64,000 nucleotides of DNA, taken from Macrostomum hystrix. Its lineage: Eukaryota > Animalia > Platyhelminthes. Both the position numbers and the translations under genes were made by a program. This document shows positions 1 through 11,953 of this stretch, piece by piece (the first letter of the stretch is position 1; each line of letters starts with the position of its first letter). The notes beneath the pieces were generated by a model, which was not told the origin of the DNA, did no database searches, and was given only the letters and a program-made list of their open reading frames with translations. Location of the stretch: positions 8,556,001-8,620,000 of the forward strand of contig CATNEN010000038.1 of the NCBI GenBank assembly GCA_950097015.1, in the 5' to 3' direction.

Positions 1-55
1 TGGCTGCAGGTCTAGTGTCACCAAATGATGTCACCTTCAATTATCATTATTATAA
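1..55 (+). mobile_element. 3' tail fragment of tRNA-derived SINE family A, in a TOM1-family intron
   Basis: TGGCTGCAGGTCTAGTGTCACCAAATGATGTCA...ATTATTA matches the 3' end of the family A copies at 29002-29371 and 61455-61793. Confidence 0.75.
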
Positions 56-175
56 TAGTGGTTCTTACTTTTTCATGTGTTTGAAAATGCTCTTGTACTT
101 ATGGCAGCAGTTATAATAAAGAAAGTAATTATTTTTGTTTCTTTAGAAATCAGCCATTGTTTTCAACTTTTGCAG

Positions 176-583
176 ATAACCAACGAAACTGTACTAAGCG
201 ACCTCTTGCACGTCAACGACGACCTAAACTCGGCCTTCTTACGCTTCGATCGCTTCGAAAATTCTCGACCGCCCGTCGGACAGAGGCAGCAAGAGCAGCA
301 GCAGCTGCAGCAGCAGCAACGGCAGGAGCAGTCTAGCTCCATTTACCCCTCAATAAGTACAACCACCGCTGGTGTCAACCTCATCGACCTATCAGACGAA
401 TGTCCGCCGCCGCCGTCGCGTCAGCAGGCGTCGTCGACGACTGCTCAGAATCCCGGCAATCTGCCGGACTCGGAGGTGGAGCTGCGCGAAATGGAGGCCT
501 GGATGCGCAGCGAGGGCATGACGGAGAGCGCCAGCGCTGCCGCTGACGACATTCGGAGCCAGGCCGAGAGATTTCAATTGTGA
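176..583 (+). CDS. Last coding exon of a TOM1/TOM1L-family endosomal adaptor (end of GAT domain plus C-terminal tail); 5' part lies outside the window
   Basis: Acceptor TTTTGCAG ends at 175. ITNETVLSDLLHVNDDLNSAFLRFDRFE resembles the GAT helix motif (LLxVNDxLNxxFxRYxRF). EMEAWMR resembles the TOM1/TOM1L2 IExWL tail motif. Confidence 0.75.
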   Translation: MTNETVLSDLLHVNDDLNSAFLRFDRFENSRPPVGQRQQEQQQLQQQQRQEQSSSIYPSISTTTAGVNLIDLSDECPPPPSRQQASSTTAQNPGNLPDSEVELREMEAWMRSEGMTESASAAADDIRSQAERFQL

Positions 584-1702
584 TTCGGAAAGTACTTTTT
601 CTTCCAAGAAACACATCTAACAAACTGCTCATCTCGCGGTTGTATTATTTACCTTGTCTCGCTCATTCCAGCTTGGAGTCGAACAAATTTTGTTTAACTG
701 CTCAATCTCCTGAAGCTATTTGTCATAACAGCGTCCAGTTCTGTGATTCTTAATATTCTATTTTAACTAATAGAAAATTGTGATTTTGCTACTACAATTA
801 GTAGTAGGCGGACGCGCTCTACCGCTCTCGCACTGGATTATCCAGGGCACCCGGCCAATCGGGATAAAGCCACCCACCCATCCCTCGCAAGGACCAATCC
901 AGAGCGAGGGCTCTAGTGGGGACCGCATTCCTACTATTATTATCAGAAATACTCGTATAAAGCACTATTACTATTTTATTATTAGTAAAAAAGTTATTAA
1001 CCTTATTCTGTTACTAATAGTATGCAGAGTGTTTTGACTGCCAATAAATTTTCCGCTTTTAATTTTAAATTTCTTGAATTACTGAATTAATTGCGCGGTG
1101 CGATATTTTAGTAAATGTTAAGGCCAATTATGAGACCAATGTAACTCATATAGCATGTAATTAGACTTCCATGCGACAAATCTGCTGTGTAGATTCGATT
1201 GCCTAGGTGCAGTCCAGGCAAATGCTGATAAAAGTGGTGCGTAGAGCTCATTCATACTTTTTATCTATCACGCTTCAGTGTAAATTGATGCGATTCTTAA
1301 TTAATAAACACTCTTTTACCTTTTTTGCTGCACAAACAGGTTTATTAACATTTAACGGTTGAGCAGGACCATTTTCTGCTAAGTTTGACAAATAACTTCC
1401 AATATCTTTACGCAGATTTTTTGCTTATTTTATAGAGAGAAAAAAGATTTCTTCCTAACAAAGAATCAATTTGTGTTAATTTTTTAGTTAAATAAATGGT
1501 CGCACTATGATTAAAATATCGAAGCCACTTCTACATTTATTAAACGGAACAGCCAATCGATTGTTCTATAGTTGAGTATGTCAAAGCGTAAAAAATACAA
1601 CTATGCAGTAATTTCTTGCCTACTTGCTATTGCATTGTAAATGTACATTGAATTTGCAGGCCGAGTACATTACCTGCAGTTAAAGATGTCAACCTCACTC
1701 CA

Positions 1703-2661
1703 GAGCCACGCACCTCCGCCACTTCTATCCAGCAACCCACCTCCGCCACTTCTATGCAGCCACCCATCTCTGCCACTTCTATCCAGCCACCCACCTCCGC
1801 CACTTCTATCCAGCCACCCACCTCCGCCACTTCTATGCAGCCACCCATCTCTGCCACTTCTATCCAGCCACCCACCTCCGCCTCTTCTATGCAGCCACCC
1901 ACCTCCGCCACTTCTATCCAGCCACCCACCTCCGCCACTTCTATCCAGCCACCCACCTCCGCCTCTTCTATGCAGCCACCCACCTCCGCCACTTCTATCC
2001 AGCCACCCACCTCCGCCACTTCTATGCAGCCACCCATCTCTGCCACTTCTATCCAGCCACCCACCTCCGCCACTTCTATCCAGCCACCCACCTCCGCCAC
2101 TTCTATCCAGCCACCCACCTCCGCCACTTCTATGCAGCCACCCATCTCTGCCACTTCTATCCAGCCACCCACCTCCGCCACTTCTATGCAGCCACCCATC
2201 TCTGCCACTTCTATCCAGCCACCCACCTCCGCCACTTCTATCCAGCCACCCACCTCCGCCTCTTCTATGCAGCCACCCACCTCCGCCACTTCTATCCAGC
2301 CACCCACCTCCGCCACTTCTATGCAGCCACCCATCTCTGCCACTTCTATCCAGCCACCCACCTCCGCCTCTTCTATGCAGCCACCCACCTCCGCCACTTC
2401 TATCCAGCCACCCACCTCCGCCACTTCTATGCAGCCACCCATCTCTGCCACTTCTATCCAGCCACCCACCTCCGCCACTTCTATCCAGCCACCCACCTCC
2501 GCCACTTCTATCCAGCCACCCACCTCCGCCACTTCTATCCAGCCACCCATCTCTGCCACTTCTATCCAGCCACCCATCTCTGCCACTTCTATCCAGCCAC
2601 CCACCTCCGCCACTTCTATCCAGCCACCCACCTCCGCCACTTCTATCCAGCCACCCACCTC
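1703..2661. repeat. 27-bp minisatellite (CAGCCACCCACCTCCGCCACTTCTATC), about 35 copies
   Basis: Direct tandem periodicity; explains four overlapping ORFs with a 9-aa period. Confidence 0.97.
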
Positions 2662-3328
2662 GGACACTTAGTAACAAAGTAACAGAAATTTTTAACATCC
2701 GATTTTTCAATCGTATAGGAATTGAAAATTAGTAAATAAAAAAAAGTTAAGGTAAGAAGCTACCTTGTAAATGTATTTAAATAGAACAGTGCACTGAAGC
2801 CAAAATGACAGTGCTGTGTACTGACCAAATATATGTTCACGCACCGCTATAATATGCTGCGTGTAACATTAGTAACAATATTAAACTAACACGAAGAAAC
2901 ACACCGACCAAAGCGATCTTCTGCCGCATGCAAAAAAGTAAATAAAAATCTATAAGAAATCTCATACTGTTCACTTTTGTACAATTTCTTTAAAGATAAA
3001 ACAACCAAGCAAAGAAAACAAAACAAAACCTCAATAATTTTTGCTAGCACTGACGTTACAAATATTCTAAATTTAAATAAAGCAGACCTTTGATTGAAAC
3101 TGCTAATAATGAGCAAGCATTCACAAATTTGCCCACAAAAAGCTGTGCATCGTAATAAAACGCAACAAAACTATGAAATTCATGACGTCAGGACGTTCAT
3201 TGTGGATAGCATGATAAAAAAATCAAGGGCCAGCGAAATAAATACTGGACTATTAGTTAAAACCTTGGATTCAAGGTGTGATTCATAATATAATTTAGTT
3301 TCTCAGTCATGATAAAACTACTATATAA

Positions 3329-5377
3329 GATTCTAATTTGGGATCCTGCCACGATTCTAATTAGGGATCCTGCCACGATTCTAATTTGGGATCCTGCCAC
3401 GATTCTAATTTGGGATCCTGCCACGATTCTAATTTGGGATCCTGCCACGATTCTAATTTGGGATCCTGCCACGATTCCAATTTGGGATCCTGCCACGATT
3501 CTAATTTGGGATCCTGCCACGATTCTAATTTGGGATCCTGCCACGATTCTAATTTGGGATCCTGCCACGATTCTAATTTGGGATCCTGCCACGATTCTAA
3601 TTTGGGATCCTGCCACGATTCTAATTTGGGATCCTGCCACGATTCTAATTTGGGATCCTGCCACGATTCCAATTTGGGATCCTGCCACGATTCCAATTTG
3701 GGATCCTGCCACGATTCTAATTAGGGATCCTGCCACGATTCTAATTAGGGATCCTGCCACGATTCTAATTTGGGATCCTGCCACGATTCTAATTTGGGAT
3801 CCTGCCACGATTCTAATTTGGGATCCTGCCACGATTCTAATTTGGGATCCTGCCACGATTCTAATTTGGGATCCTGCCACGATTCTAATTTGGGATCCTG
3901 CCACGATTCTAATTTGGGATCCTGCCACGATTCTAATTTGGGATTCTGCAACGGTTCTAATTAGGGATCCTGCCACGATTCTAATTAGGGATCCTGCCAC
4001 GATTCTAATTAGGGATCCTGCCACGATTCTAATTAGGGATCCTGCCACGATTCTAATTAGGGATCCTGCCACGATTCTAATTAGGGATCCTGCCACGATT
4101 CTAATTAGGGATCCTGCCACGATTCTAATTAGGGATCCTGCCACGATTCTAATTAGGGATCCTGCCACGATTCTAATTAGGGATCCTGCCACGATTCTAA
4201 TTAGGGATCCTGCCACGATTCCAATTTGGGATCCTGCCACGATTCTAATTTGGGATCCTGCCACGATTCTAATTAGGGATCCTGCCACGATTCTAATTAG
4301 GGATCTTGCTACAATTGTAACTTGGGATCCTGCCACGATTCTAATTAGGGATCCTGCCACGATTCTAATTAGGGATCCTGCCACGATTCTAATTAGGGAT
4401 CCTGCCACGATTCTAATTAGGGATCCTGCCACGATTCTAATTAGGGATACTGCCACGATTCTAATTAGGGATCCTGCCAAGATTCTAATTAGGGATCCTG
4501 CCACGATTCTAATTAGGGATCCTGCCACGATTCTAATTAGGTATCCTGCCACGACTCTAATTAGGGATCTTGCCACGATTCTAATTTGGGATCCTGCCAC
4601 GATTCCAATTTGGGATCCTGCCACGATTCTAATTTGGGATCCTGCCACGATTCTAATTAGGGATCCTGCCACGATTCTAATTAGGGATCTTGCTACAATT
4701 GTAACTTGGGATTCTGCCACGATTCTAATTAGGGATCCTGCCACGATTCTAATTAGGTATCCTGCCACGATTCTAATTAGGTATCCTACCACGATTCTAA
4801 TTAGGGATACTGCCACGATTCTAATTAGGGATCTTGCTACAATTGTAACTTGGGATCCTGCCACGATTCTAATTAGGGATCCTGCCACGATTCTAATTAG
4901 GGATCCTGCCACGATTCTAATTAGGTATCCTGCCACGATTCTAATTAGGTATCCTACCACGATTCTAATTAGGGATACTGCCACGATTCTAATTAGGGAT
5001 CCTGCCACGATTCTAATTAGGGATCTTGCTACAATTGTAACTTGGGATCCTGCCACGATTCTAATTAGGGATCCTGCCACGATTCTAATTAGGTATCCTG
5101 CCACGATTCTAATTAGGTATCCTACCACGATTCTAATTAGGGATACTGCCACGATTCTAATTAGGGATCTTGCTACAATTGTAACTTGGGATCCTGCCAC
5201 GATTCTAATTAGGGATCCTGCCACGATTCTAATTTGGGATCCTGCCACGATTCTAATTAGGGATACTGCGACGATTCTAATTTGGGATCCTGCCACGATT
5301 CTAATTAGGGATCTTGCTACAATTGTAACTTGGGATCCTGCGACGATTCTAATTAGGTATCCTGCCACGATTCTAAT
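3329..5377. repeat. 24-bp minisatellite (GATTCTAATTWGGGATCCTGCCAC), about 85 copies
   Basis: Tandem periodicity with TTTGGG and TTAGGG variants. Confidence 0.97.
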
Positions 5378-5404
5378 GAGGGGATAGTTAGTGATAGTAA
5401 GGGA

Positions 5405-5580
5405 TCTCATTTGGTGACACTGGACGCGCAGCTAGCGAGGAGGCAAAATTGCCCATCTGTACGCTCACACAGGTGTGACTTTCTCATCGCCCGAATTTAA
5501 TGTGGCCTCGGTCGCGTAATCGAGCTTAGGGACCTTGGTGCGTGAGGCAAACGCGTTAAACGCTCAGCCACTGACCCCAG
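5405..5580 (-). mobile_element. SINE family A copy, internally deleted
   Basis: tRNA-like head (rc GGGGTCAGTGGCTGAGCG...GCTCGATTAC) and body segments shared with 29002-29371. Confidence 0.8.
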
Positions 5581-5914
5581 TCAGGAGCCCTGCCGCGATA
5601 ATAAAAAAGAAAATCGTAGGTCTTTTTAGAAAAAATCAAAGACGCATGCAAATACAGAATAGATGTATAAAATACATAACAAATTTGTTACTTAAGTAGT
5701 AGCAATCGTAGGACTAATTTGCTTGCATATCCTAGATTTTTTACAAATTATTACTTAAATAAAACGAACTTCATTATAATCATACTACTGGGCGTTTGGG
5801 ATGTGAGTAGTATAACAGATATTTGATTAAGTAACAGACCAAATCTAGACGGTCGAAGAAATGTAAACTTTTACTGGCTGGCCTTAACAATGCTGAATTG
5901 TCCTTCAATGGCAC

Positions 5915-7165
5915 TCAGGATTCGGCCGGCGTACCTCCTTCACCGACGGCACCGTCTGCGACGTCGCTTTTTGACACGGCACCGCGCTGCTGCTCATCAG
6001 CCACCAGCTGCTGCTCCCAGCTACCGGAGCCAGTGGCGACGCCGGCGCCGACACCGTCCAGATCGTCGTCGATAAAGCCGCCGTCCTCCGGCACGGCGGG
6101 ACTGGCACCTCCGTCTTCTTCACGATGATCTTCCGAAGACTGCGGCTGCTGCTCGTCCCCGGCGTCTCCGCCGCCGCCGCCACCTCTGCGGCCGCGGCGC
6201 GGTTTCCGACGTCGACCGCCTCCGCCACCGCCGCCACGCCTGCCGCCGCCAGCATCTGCCGCGGCTTCTCCGCGACAACGATCGTTTCGAATGGTGATGG
6301 TGAAGTCGCCGGGAATGAAGGTGCCAGCTGAGTGCCCAATGTGCCGCTCCACTGAGTCTGGAGGGGGCGGATGGGACTCAGGTGAGTCTGGAGGGGGCAG
6401 ATGGGACACATCAGCTGAGTCTGAAGGGGGCGGATGGGACACATCAGGTGAGTCTGGAGGGGGCAGATGGGACACATCAGCTGAGTCTGAAGGGGGCGGA
6501 TGGGACACATCAGCTGAGTCTGGAGGGGGCAGATGGGACACATCAGCTGAGTCTGAAGGGGGCGGATGGGACTCAGAGAGTCTGGAGGGAGGCGGATGGG
6601 GACACATCAAATGAGCCTATGAGGGGGGGCGGATGGGACTAAGATGAGTCTGGAGGGGCGGATGGGACACATCAGCTGAGTCTGGGGGAGCTCAGCCAGT
6701 TTGCTCACACTCATGCCGCTCTTCCTCGAACTGCTGCTGCCTATTTCGCTGCCTTCGCCGGCCGCCTCTGCCGTTAGCGTCAATGCCGGCAGCTGGGTGA
6801 TCAGCCGGATAGTCACCGATTGGCTGCCAGTCCTCCTGTGGCCGGTGGCCGCCGGTAGCGGCTCCCCCAGCGAATGGATTGCCCATTGGGTAGGGCCGCC
6901 TGGCTGGAAAGCCACCCCTGCTGCCAGAGCGCTGCTGTTGCTGCTGCAGATAGAGCAGCCTTTCAAGCTTCAAACGTTCCCGTTCGATATCCTCTTCAGA
7001 GACGTTTGGCATTGGCTGCTGCTGCTGCTGATTCAGGGAAGGCTGGAAGCCGCCGCTGCGGCCGCCACCTCCGCCTCGATGGCCTCCATTGCCCCGACGA
7101 AGGCTAGAATTCACGAATGTGGCAGGCCGGTACATCGGCTGCTGCTGATGCTGCGTGTCTGGGTC
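5915..7165 (-). CDS. Low-complexity RGG/Q-rich protein; exons ~7165-6709 and ~6357-5915 (first in-exon ATG at 7135)
   Basis: TTTTGCAG acceptor before 7165, phase-1 GTGAGC donor after 6709 and phase-1 CAG acceptor before 6357 or 6351 join the two GC-rich ORFs in frame. RGG/GGGR tracts and an acidic tail; family not recognised. Confidence 0.6.
6352..6690. repeat. 33-bp intronic minisatellite (GAGTCTGGAGGGGGCRGATGGGACACATCAGCT)
   Basis: About 10 tandem units filling the intron. Confidence 0.93.
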
Positions 7166-7386
7166 CTGCAAAATGTTTTTCTGTATTAATTTATTAAGAC
7201 AAAATAGGGGACATTGTCATCCAGCTTTGAAGTCAGTGCTATTAAGTTCTGATTGAGTGGTCATGAGTTCGAATCTGTACAATCCCAGCTTAAACAAAAT
7301 AAAAGCAGAAAATTGTAAGTCAGAAAAATGTTGGTTTCCTTTTAACTAATTGTTCAGCTTTGTACTAATTTCACCAACTTTGCATA

Positions 7387-7637
7387 CATACATGCACAAC
7401 ACCTGGCCGACCTGGCCGAACTGGCCAGGTGAAACGAGGGCCAAGCAAGGTAAGTCACAAAAACCAATCAACCAAGCGCAAAAAAATCAAAGGGGGGACC
7501 AAGGGACAAAAAAGGAAAGCGTGAAGAAGAGGAAAAAGGGGAGAGAAAAAGAGAGCAAATGAGAGCATTTTAAGTCATAAATAGAGCAAAAACTAAGTCG
7601 CACGGCCGGCTAAGATTTGGGAGGTTGCACATGTATG
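7387..7637. mobile_element. hAT-type MITE, copy 1
   Basis: Ends CATACATGCACAAC ... GTTGCACATGTATG; flanking 8-mers TTTGCATA/TTTGTGTA (degenerate TSD); body homologous to copy 2 in inverted orientation. Confidence 0.75.
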
Positions 7638-8205
7638 TTTGTGTATCTCCAATGGGTGTCTGAATATGTTGCCTGATACAAGGCCAAATGCACAAACTGT
7701 TATGTATAGTGCTTATAGCTATATATGATTTGATTAAATTACAACAATATTGGACAGCATCACACTTATAATACTAAGGTAGGCCTATGTTGATATAACT
7801 TGCTAAAATAAAGTTACAACAGGTTGTGGCATAATCATACCCTAGAAAGTTATTTAAGTTTTACTTGCACTGAAAATTGCTTGGAAATTTCAGTGACTAT
7901 TCTGATTCTAACTATGTCTAGGTAGAATGCTTATGCTGGATAAGTATATCAATACTTGTTGACATTATTGGGAACTGCAATAAATATTTATAGAGCTAAT
8001 TTAATGTTTTTATGTAGCTAGTTTGTTTTGTTATAAACCAACTAGATGTATGGACATGATTTTGGTTTTGGTTCTAACAAGTTTTATCTGGATCTGGGCC
8101 TTCTGGGGTCATTACAAGCATGTAGTGAGATGATTTTCTTTAACATAAACAAGCCTATATAAGTGTATAGGCTATCTCAGTATATGAGCAATCAGCAATA
8201 TAGGC

Positions 8206-8498
8206 CATACATGTGCAACCTCCCAAATCTTAGCCAGCCGTGCAACTTAGTTTTTGCTCTATTTACAACTTAGTTTGCTCTCATTTGCTCTCTTTTTCTC
8301 TCCCCTTTTTCCTCTTATTCACGCCTTCCTTATTTGTCCCTTGGTCCCCCCTTTGATTTTTTTGTGCTTGGTCAATTGGTTTTTGTGACTTACCTTGCTT
8401 GGCCTTCGTTTCTAATACTAATAATTAGAAACGAAATAATTATATTAATAATAATAATTTCTAATGATGCCTGCTTGGCTGGGTGTTGCGTATGTATG
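8206..8498. mobile_element. hAT-type MITE, copy 2 (inverted relative to copy 1)
   Basis: Ends CATACATGTGCAAC ... GTTGCGTATGTATG; 8-bp TSD ATATAGGC/ATGTAGGC. Confidence 0.8.
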
Positions 8499-9680
8499 AT
8501 GTAGGCTATATAAAAATATTAAAATACAATGTGTTCCAATTGTAATTTTATATTGATGACAATGATGGATTGTTATAGCTATGTGTACATTATTTTAGGG
8601 GGTCATTAGCCTACCAAGTTCATTATTAAAAACTTAAGAGCAGACCAATTTATTTGTATATAGACTAAGTCAGAGGCTTATAAGACTATAGGCATAGCTA
8701 GACCTATCTAATCTAAGAAACACAAATATAAAACCGGAGTCTTTTTGCTACTTAAAATTTTCCCAAACCAACCAGCTAGATATCATAGCTCATCTTGTTA
8801 TATTTTGTTTTTAGTGTAGTGTAGTTGCTACCATAAAAATGTATGGATAAGGCCAATGGTAACAATTGACATGTTACCATGCTTATCACAGTTCTGGTGC
8901 CTGCTGGTTCAATTAAAACCCAGGGCCAGGGTAATTATGACTGGTATCTGAACACTTCATTCTCTTACAACTTCGTCATCCAGATGACGAATTCTTCATG
9001 ATCTGAGAGAGTGGAAGAGGGTGGGTGACGAAGTGAATTCGATTTGTGAATACACACTCCGTCCTCTATATCATTTATAGCTTGTTTTTTCAGTATTTGC
9101 ACACCGTGTTATTCCTTTTTTTATTTCGTTCTTTTTTATAAATGGGTAGCTTTAGCTTTGGTGGGCAAGCTGAAAAAGCCTAATAATCACTCTTTAATTG
9201 TTTTTACTTCAAAAAGTTTTTTTTCTTTCATTTTCTAATCCGTTTTCTAGCTTTCTGTCATATGTCACAAAGGGTCAGTAAGACTTTCATAAAAAACACG
9301 TTCTAACTTCAGGGACTTTGTTGATTAGAGCTATTGAATTGCGTGGAAATTCAAAACCTCGTAAAATATAAATTGTACTAAATGATTCTGTTGAAATAGC
9401 TAGGGAGCAAAATGGTTCCTGTAATTCATGATGTCAAATTATAAAGTTGAATTTATTTTTGCAATAAATTATTATAGAAAAAATATTGAAATAGAATTAA
9501 AATACAAAAAACAAGAGACAACTAATACATAATTTTCATTTGGATAGTATTTCTTAAGCACAACTGTTTTTATACTGCTCTGAACAAAGTTGCACTCCGG
9601 ACTCACAATGAAGAACCAAGTAGTTATACTACAGTGGTCCTTGTGAAGAACTCGGCGAAAACAGTTAAGAATTCTTTAGC

Positions 9681-10272
9681 CACCGTGTACTGAAAGTTTT
9701 GAGATGCACCAAAACCAAAAGTGTCTGAGTCAAATTTTCTGTCACAATTTTTCAAAGTAGTTGCCACCAGCTTGTACACATTTCCTCATTCGGTGAAACC
9801 ACTGCGTCCAGGCTCCAGCACAGGTCACTCGCGGGTCCTCGTCGATGATTCTCCGGACGGCAGCGATGTTTTCGTCCGTGACAGCGGAAGCTGGACGTCC
9901 CGACCGAGGCTCGTCATCAAGGCTGCTCCGGCCCCACTTGCATTCGCTGTACCACCGAAAAACGGTGGCACGTGAAGGGGCTTGGTCTCCAAAGGCAGCA
10001 CGTAAACTTTGAACGCATTGCTCTTGCGTGAGACCTTTACGCTGGTCGTAAACTATCATGGCACGAAAGTCGCGGTTTGTCAACTCCATTGGAGCGAGTA
10101 CAGTTTGGTAGGGGGTATTGACTTTTAAGAGTGATTGTGAAAAATTGACAAGAGCGAAAAGGCAGAAAATTTATACTCATTCATTTTTAAGGTGGTAGAG
10201 TATGTACATTAAAAGGCGTGCAGCTGCGACTTATAAGTCAGACGTATCTCAAAACTTTCAGTACGCCCCTCG
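9681..10272 (-). mobile_element. Internally deleted mariner element
   Basis: Inverted repeat GTACTGAAAGTTTTGAGAT at 9687 and its complement at 10246-10264, ending in a mariner-like terminus (rc CGAGGGGCGTACTG). Encloses a transposase ORF. Confidence 0.9.
9742..10089 (-). CDS. Truncated mariner transposase: HTH DNA-binding region fused in frame to the extreme C-terminus, catalytic domain absent
   Basis: FGDQAPSRATVFRW...GRSSLDDEPRSGRP...IDEDPRVT followed directly by W..RMRKCVQAGGNYFEKL. Confidence 0.8.
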   Translation of the reverse strand: MELTNRDFRAMIVYDQRKGLTQEQCVQSLRAAFGDQAPSRATVFRWYSECKWGRSSLDDEPRSGRPASAVTDENIAAVRRIIDEDPRVTCAGAWTQWFHRMRKCVQAGGNYFEKL

Positions 10273-10483
10273 TTTAGCATAATCTAAAAGTACCAAATAA
10301 CTAGCTTTCTAATCAAAATTATAATTACCCATACTATATTTGGGAAATTTGGGTAAGTAAATAATATTTGTCAGACAACTTTTTCGTACAATTAATTTTA
10401 TTACCACGGCGTAACACAGACAAAGTGTAACCGTAATGTACAATATATATTGAATTCTACTGAACGCCGATTTCAGCTCACAA

Positions 10484-10750
10484 TATCCTGATTCACAAAA
10501 TCTTGATTCACAGAATCCTGATTCACAGAATCCTGATTCACAGAATCCTGATTCACAGAATCCTGATTCACAGAATCCTGATTCACAGAATCCTGATTCA
10601 CAGAATCCTGATTCACAGAATCCTGATTCACAGAATCCTGATTCACAGAATCCTGATTCACAGAATCCTGATTCACAGAATCCTGATTCACAGAATCCTG
10701 ATTCACAGAATCCTGATTCACAGAATCCTGATTCACAGAATCCTGATTCA
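10484..10750. repeat. 15-bp minisatellite (ATCCTGATTCACAGA), about 18 near-perfect copies
   Basis: Tandem periodicity. Confidence 0.97.
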
Positions 10751-11289
10751 ATTGGTACACAAATTCCGATAGTATTGGTGCCACTGTGGTGTACGTTGCT
10801 TTTGTATTTGATAATGCTGATTTATCGAAAAATATATAATCAGCTCCCGTTAGTGGCGTGCGTTTTAATATTAATTATAGATATACATAACCAAGGGCTT
10901 CTTAACAGTAGGACTTACCAAGCAATTTTGCCGCCCGTTTTTATACCAAGGGGGATTCCTCCCTGACAATTTTTTTGGCAGCGCCCGAATGCTAACAGCG
11001 TTGGGTGGTGACTGATTGGTTGACAGACTAGGCGATGGTGTCCTGTGGTTGAGCTGCGCCTAATATTTTGGCTTGAGCATTGAAATTTGAGAAATTCGCG
11101 TCAGGGTGTCCATAGTAGCTTAGTTCCACCTGTTGTAGCCCTTGAAGGTCCAGCAGTCTGTCTAGATAAAGTTAGGTGACCACCGAAGACGGAGATGATG
11201 CAGGCACACTCGGGTGACATGCTGATAAAGTTTGAAGGTCTGGAAAGGCCGCACTGAGGCGCAGTGCAAATTCGTGTATAGGGGTGTAT

Positions 11290-11435
11290 GAAATACACTA
11301 GCTCTTATGGGAAAAATCGGACCTTCGGCCAGAAACGTTGAATATCTCGACGGTATGAAGAGCTGGCGACTTGTTTCTTGTTTCAGAAGATGCGCAACAA
11401 AAAGTTGGCCCGTGTTCTTGAGTTTCTCCCCCCTT
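11290..11435 (+). pseudogene. Possible decayed BEL/Pao LTR-retrotransposon C-terminal fragment
   Basis: Frameshifted peptides AGDLFLVSEDA and LARVLEFLP resemble the GDLVLV..D...W.L.RV.E..P motif that follows the BEL/Pao integrase. Confidence 0.3.
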
Positions 11436-11901
11436 GGTAGTTCTACTGTTAATAACCTTTGTGATTAAGTGATTAAATATTAACTAAAGGCTGCTTTGAT
11501 TATTCGTGTCTATGGCTTTATACGGGGCCGTAGTCCAATGCACTTAAACATGCGCTAAGTTTTCCAACTTAACTCTTCGTTTTCCATTCCTTGTTGCGTT
11601 CAGTCGGAATCCAGGCACTGATGACAGGATGTTCACCAAATATATTTTTGAGAAATATTAGTTTTTATGATTTGTGGCGCTTGCCCCCAGACTCTTAGAA
11701 AACAGTTAAAAAACAGAGATTCTTTTTAAATTAACAGAGATTCTGTTCAGTGAAATTTCCGCACTGTCTCACAGACAGCCAGACTACTAAAAGTAGAATT
11801 CTCAGCATTTAAAATCTATCTTGCCATGAACATTGTCTGAGCGTAAAAAGTGCTTAGCCAATCAACGGTCGAATTCGTCACAAAAGCCAGTCTCACTGGT
11901 C

Positions 11902-11909
11902 TTATAAAT
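11902..11909 (+). promoter_or_regulatory. Candidate TATA box (TATAAATA)
   Basis: Canonical TATAWAWA about 50 nt upstream of the ATG at 11954. Confidence 0.35.
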
Positions 11910-11953
11910 ATAGGCCACTATTGCTTTGGAATGCCCTACGGCTAAATTTTTAA

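Noticed and set aside
3329-5377. CRISPR array or true telomere
   Set aside because: No unique spacers; TTAGGG occurs once per unit rather than in tandem; eukaryotic context without cas genes
1627-5410. Mucin-, extensin- or Gly-rich-looking ORFs
   Set aside because: Products of the 27-bp and 24-bp arrays, open in several frames on both strands
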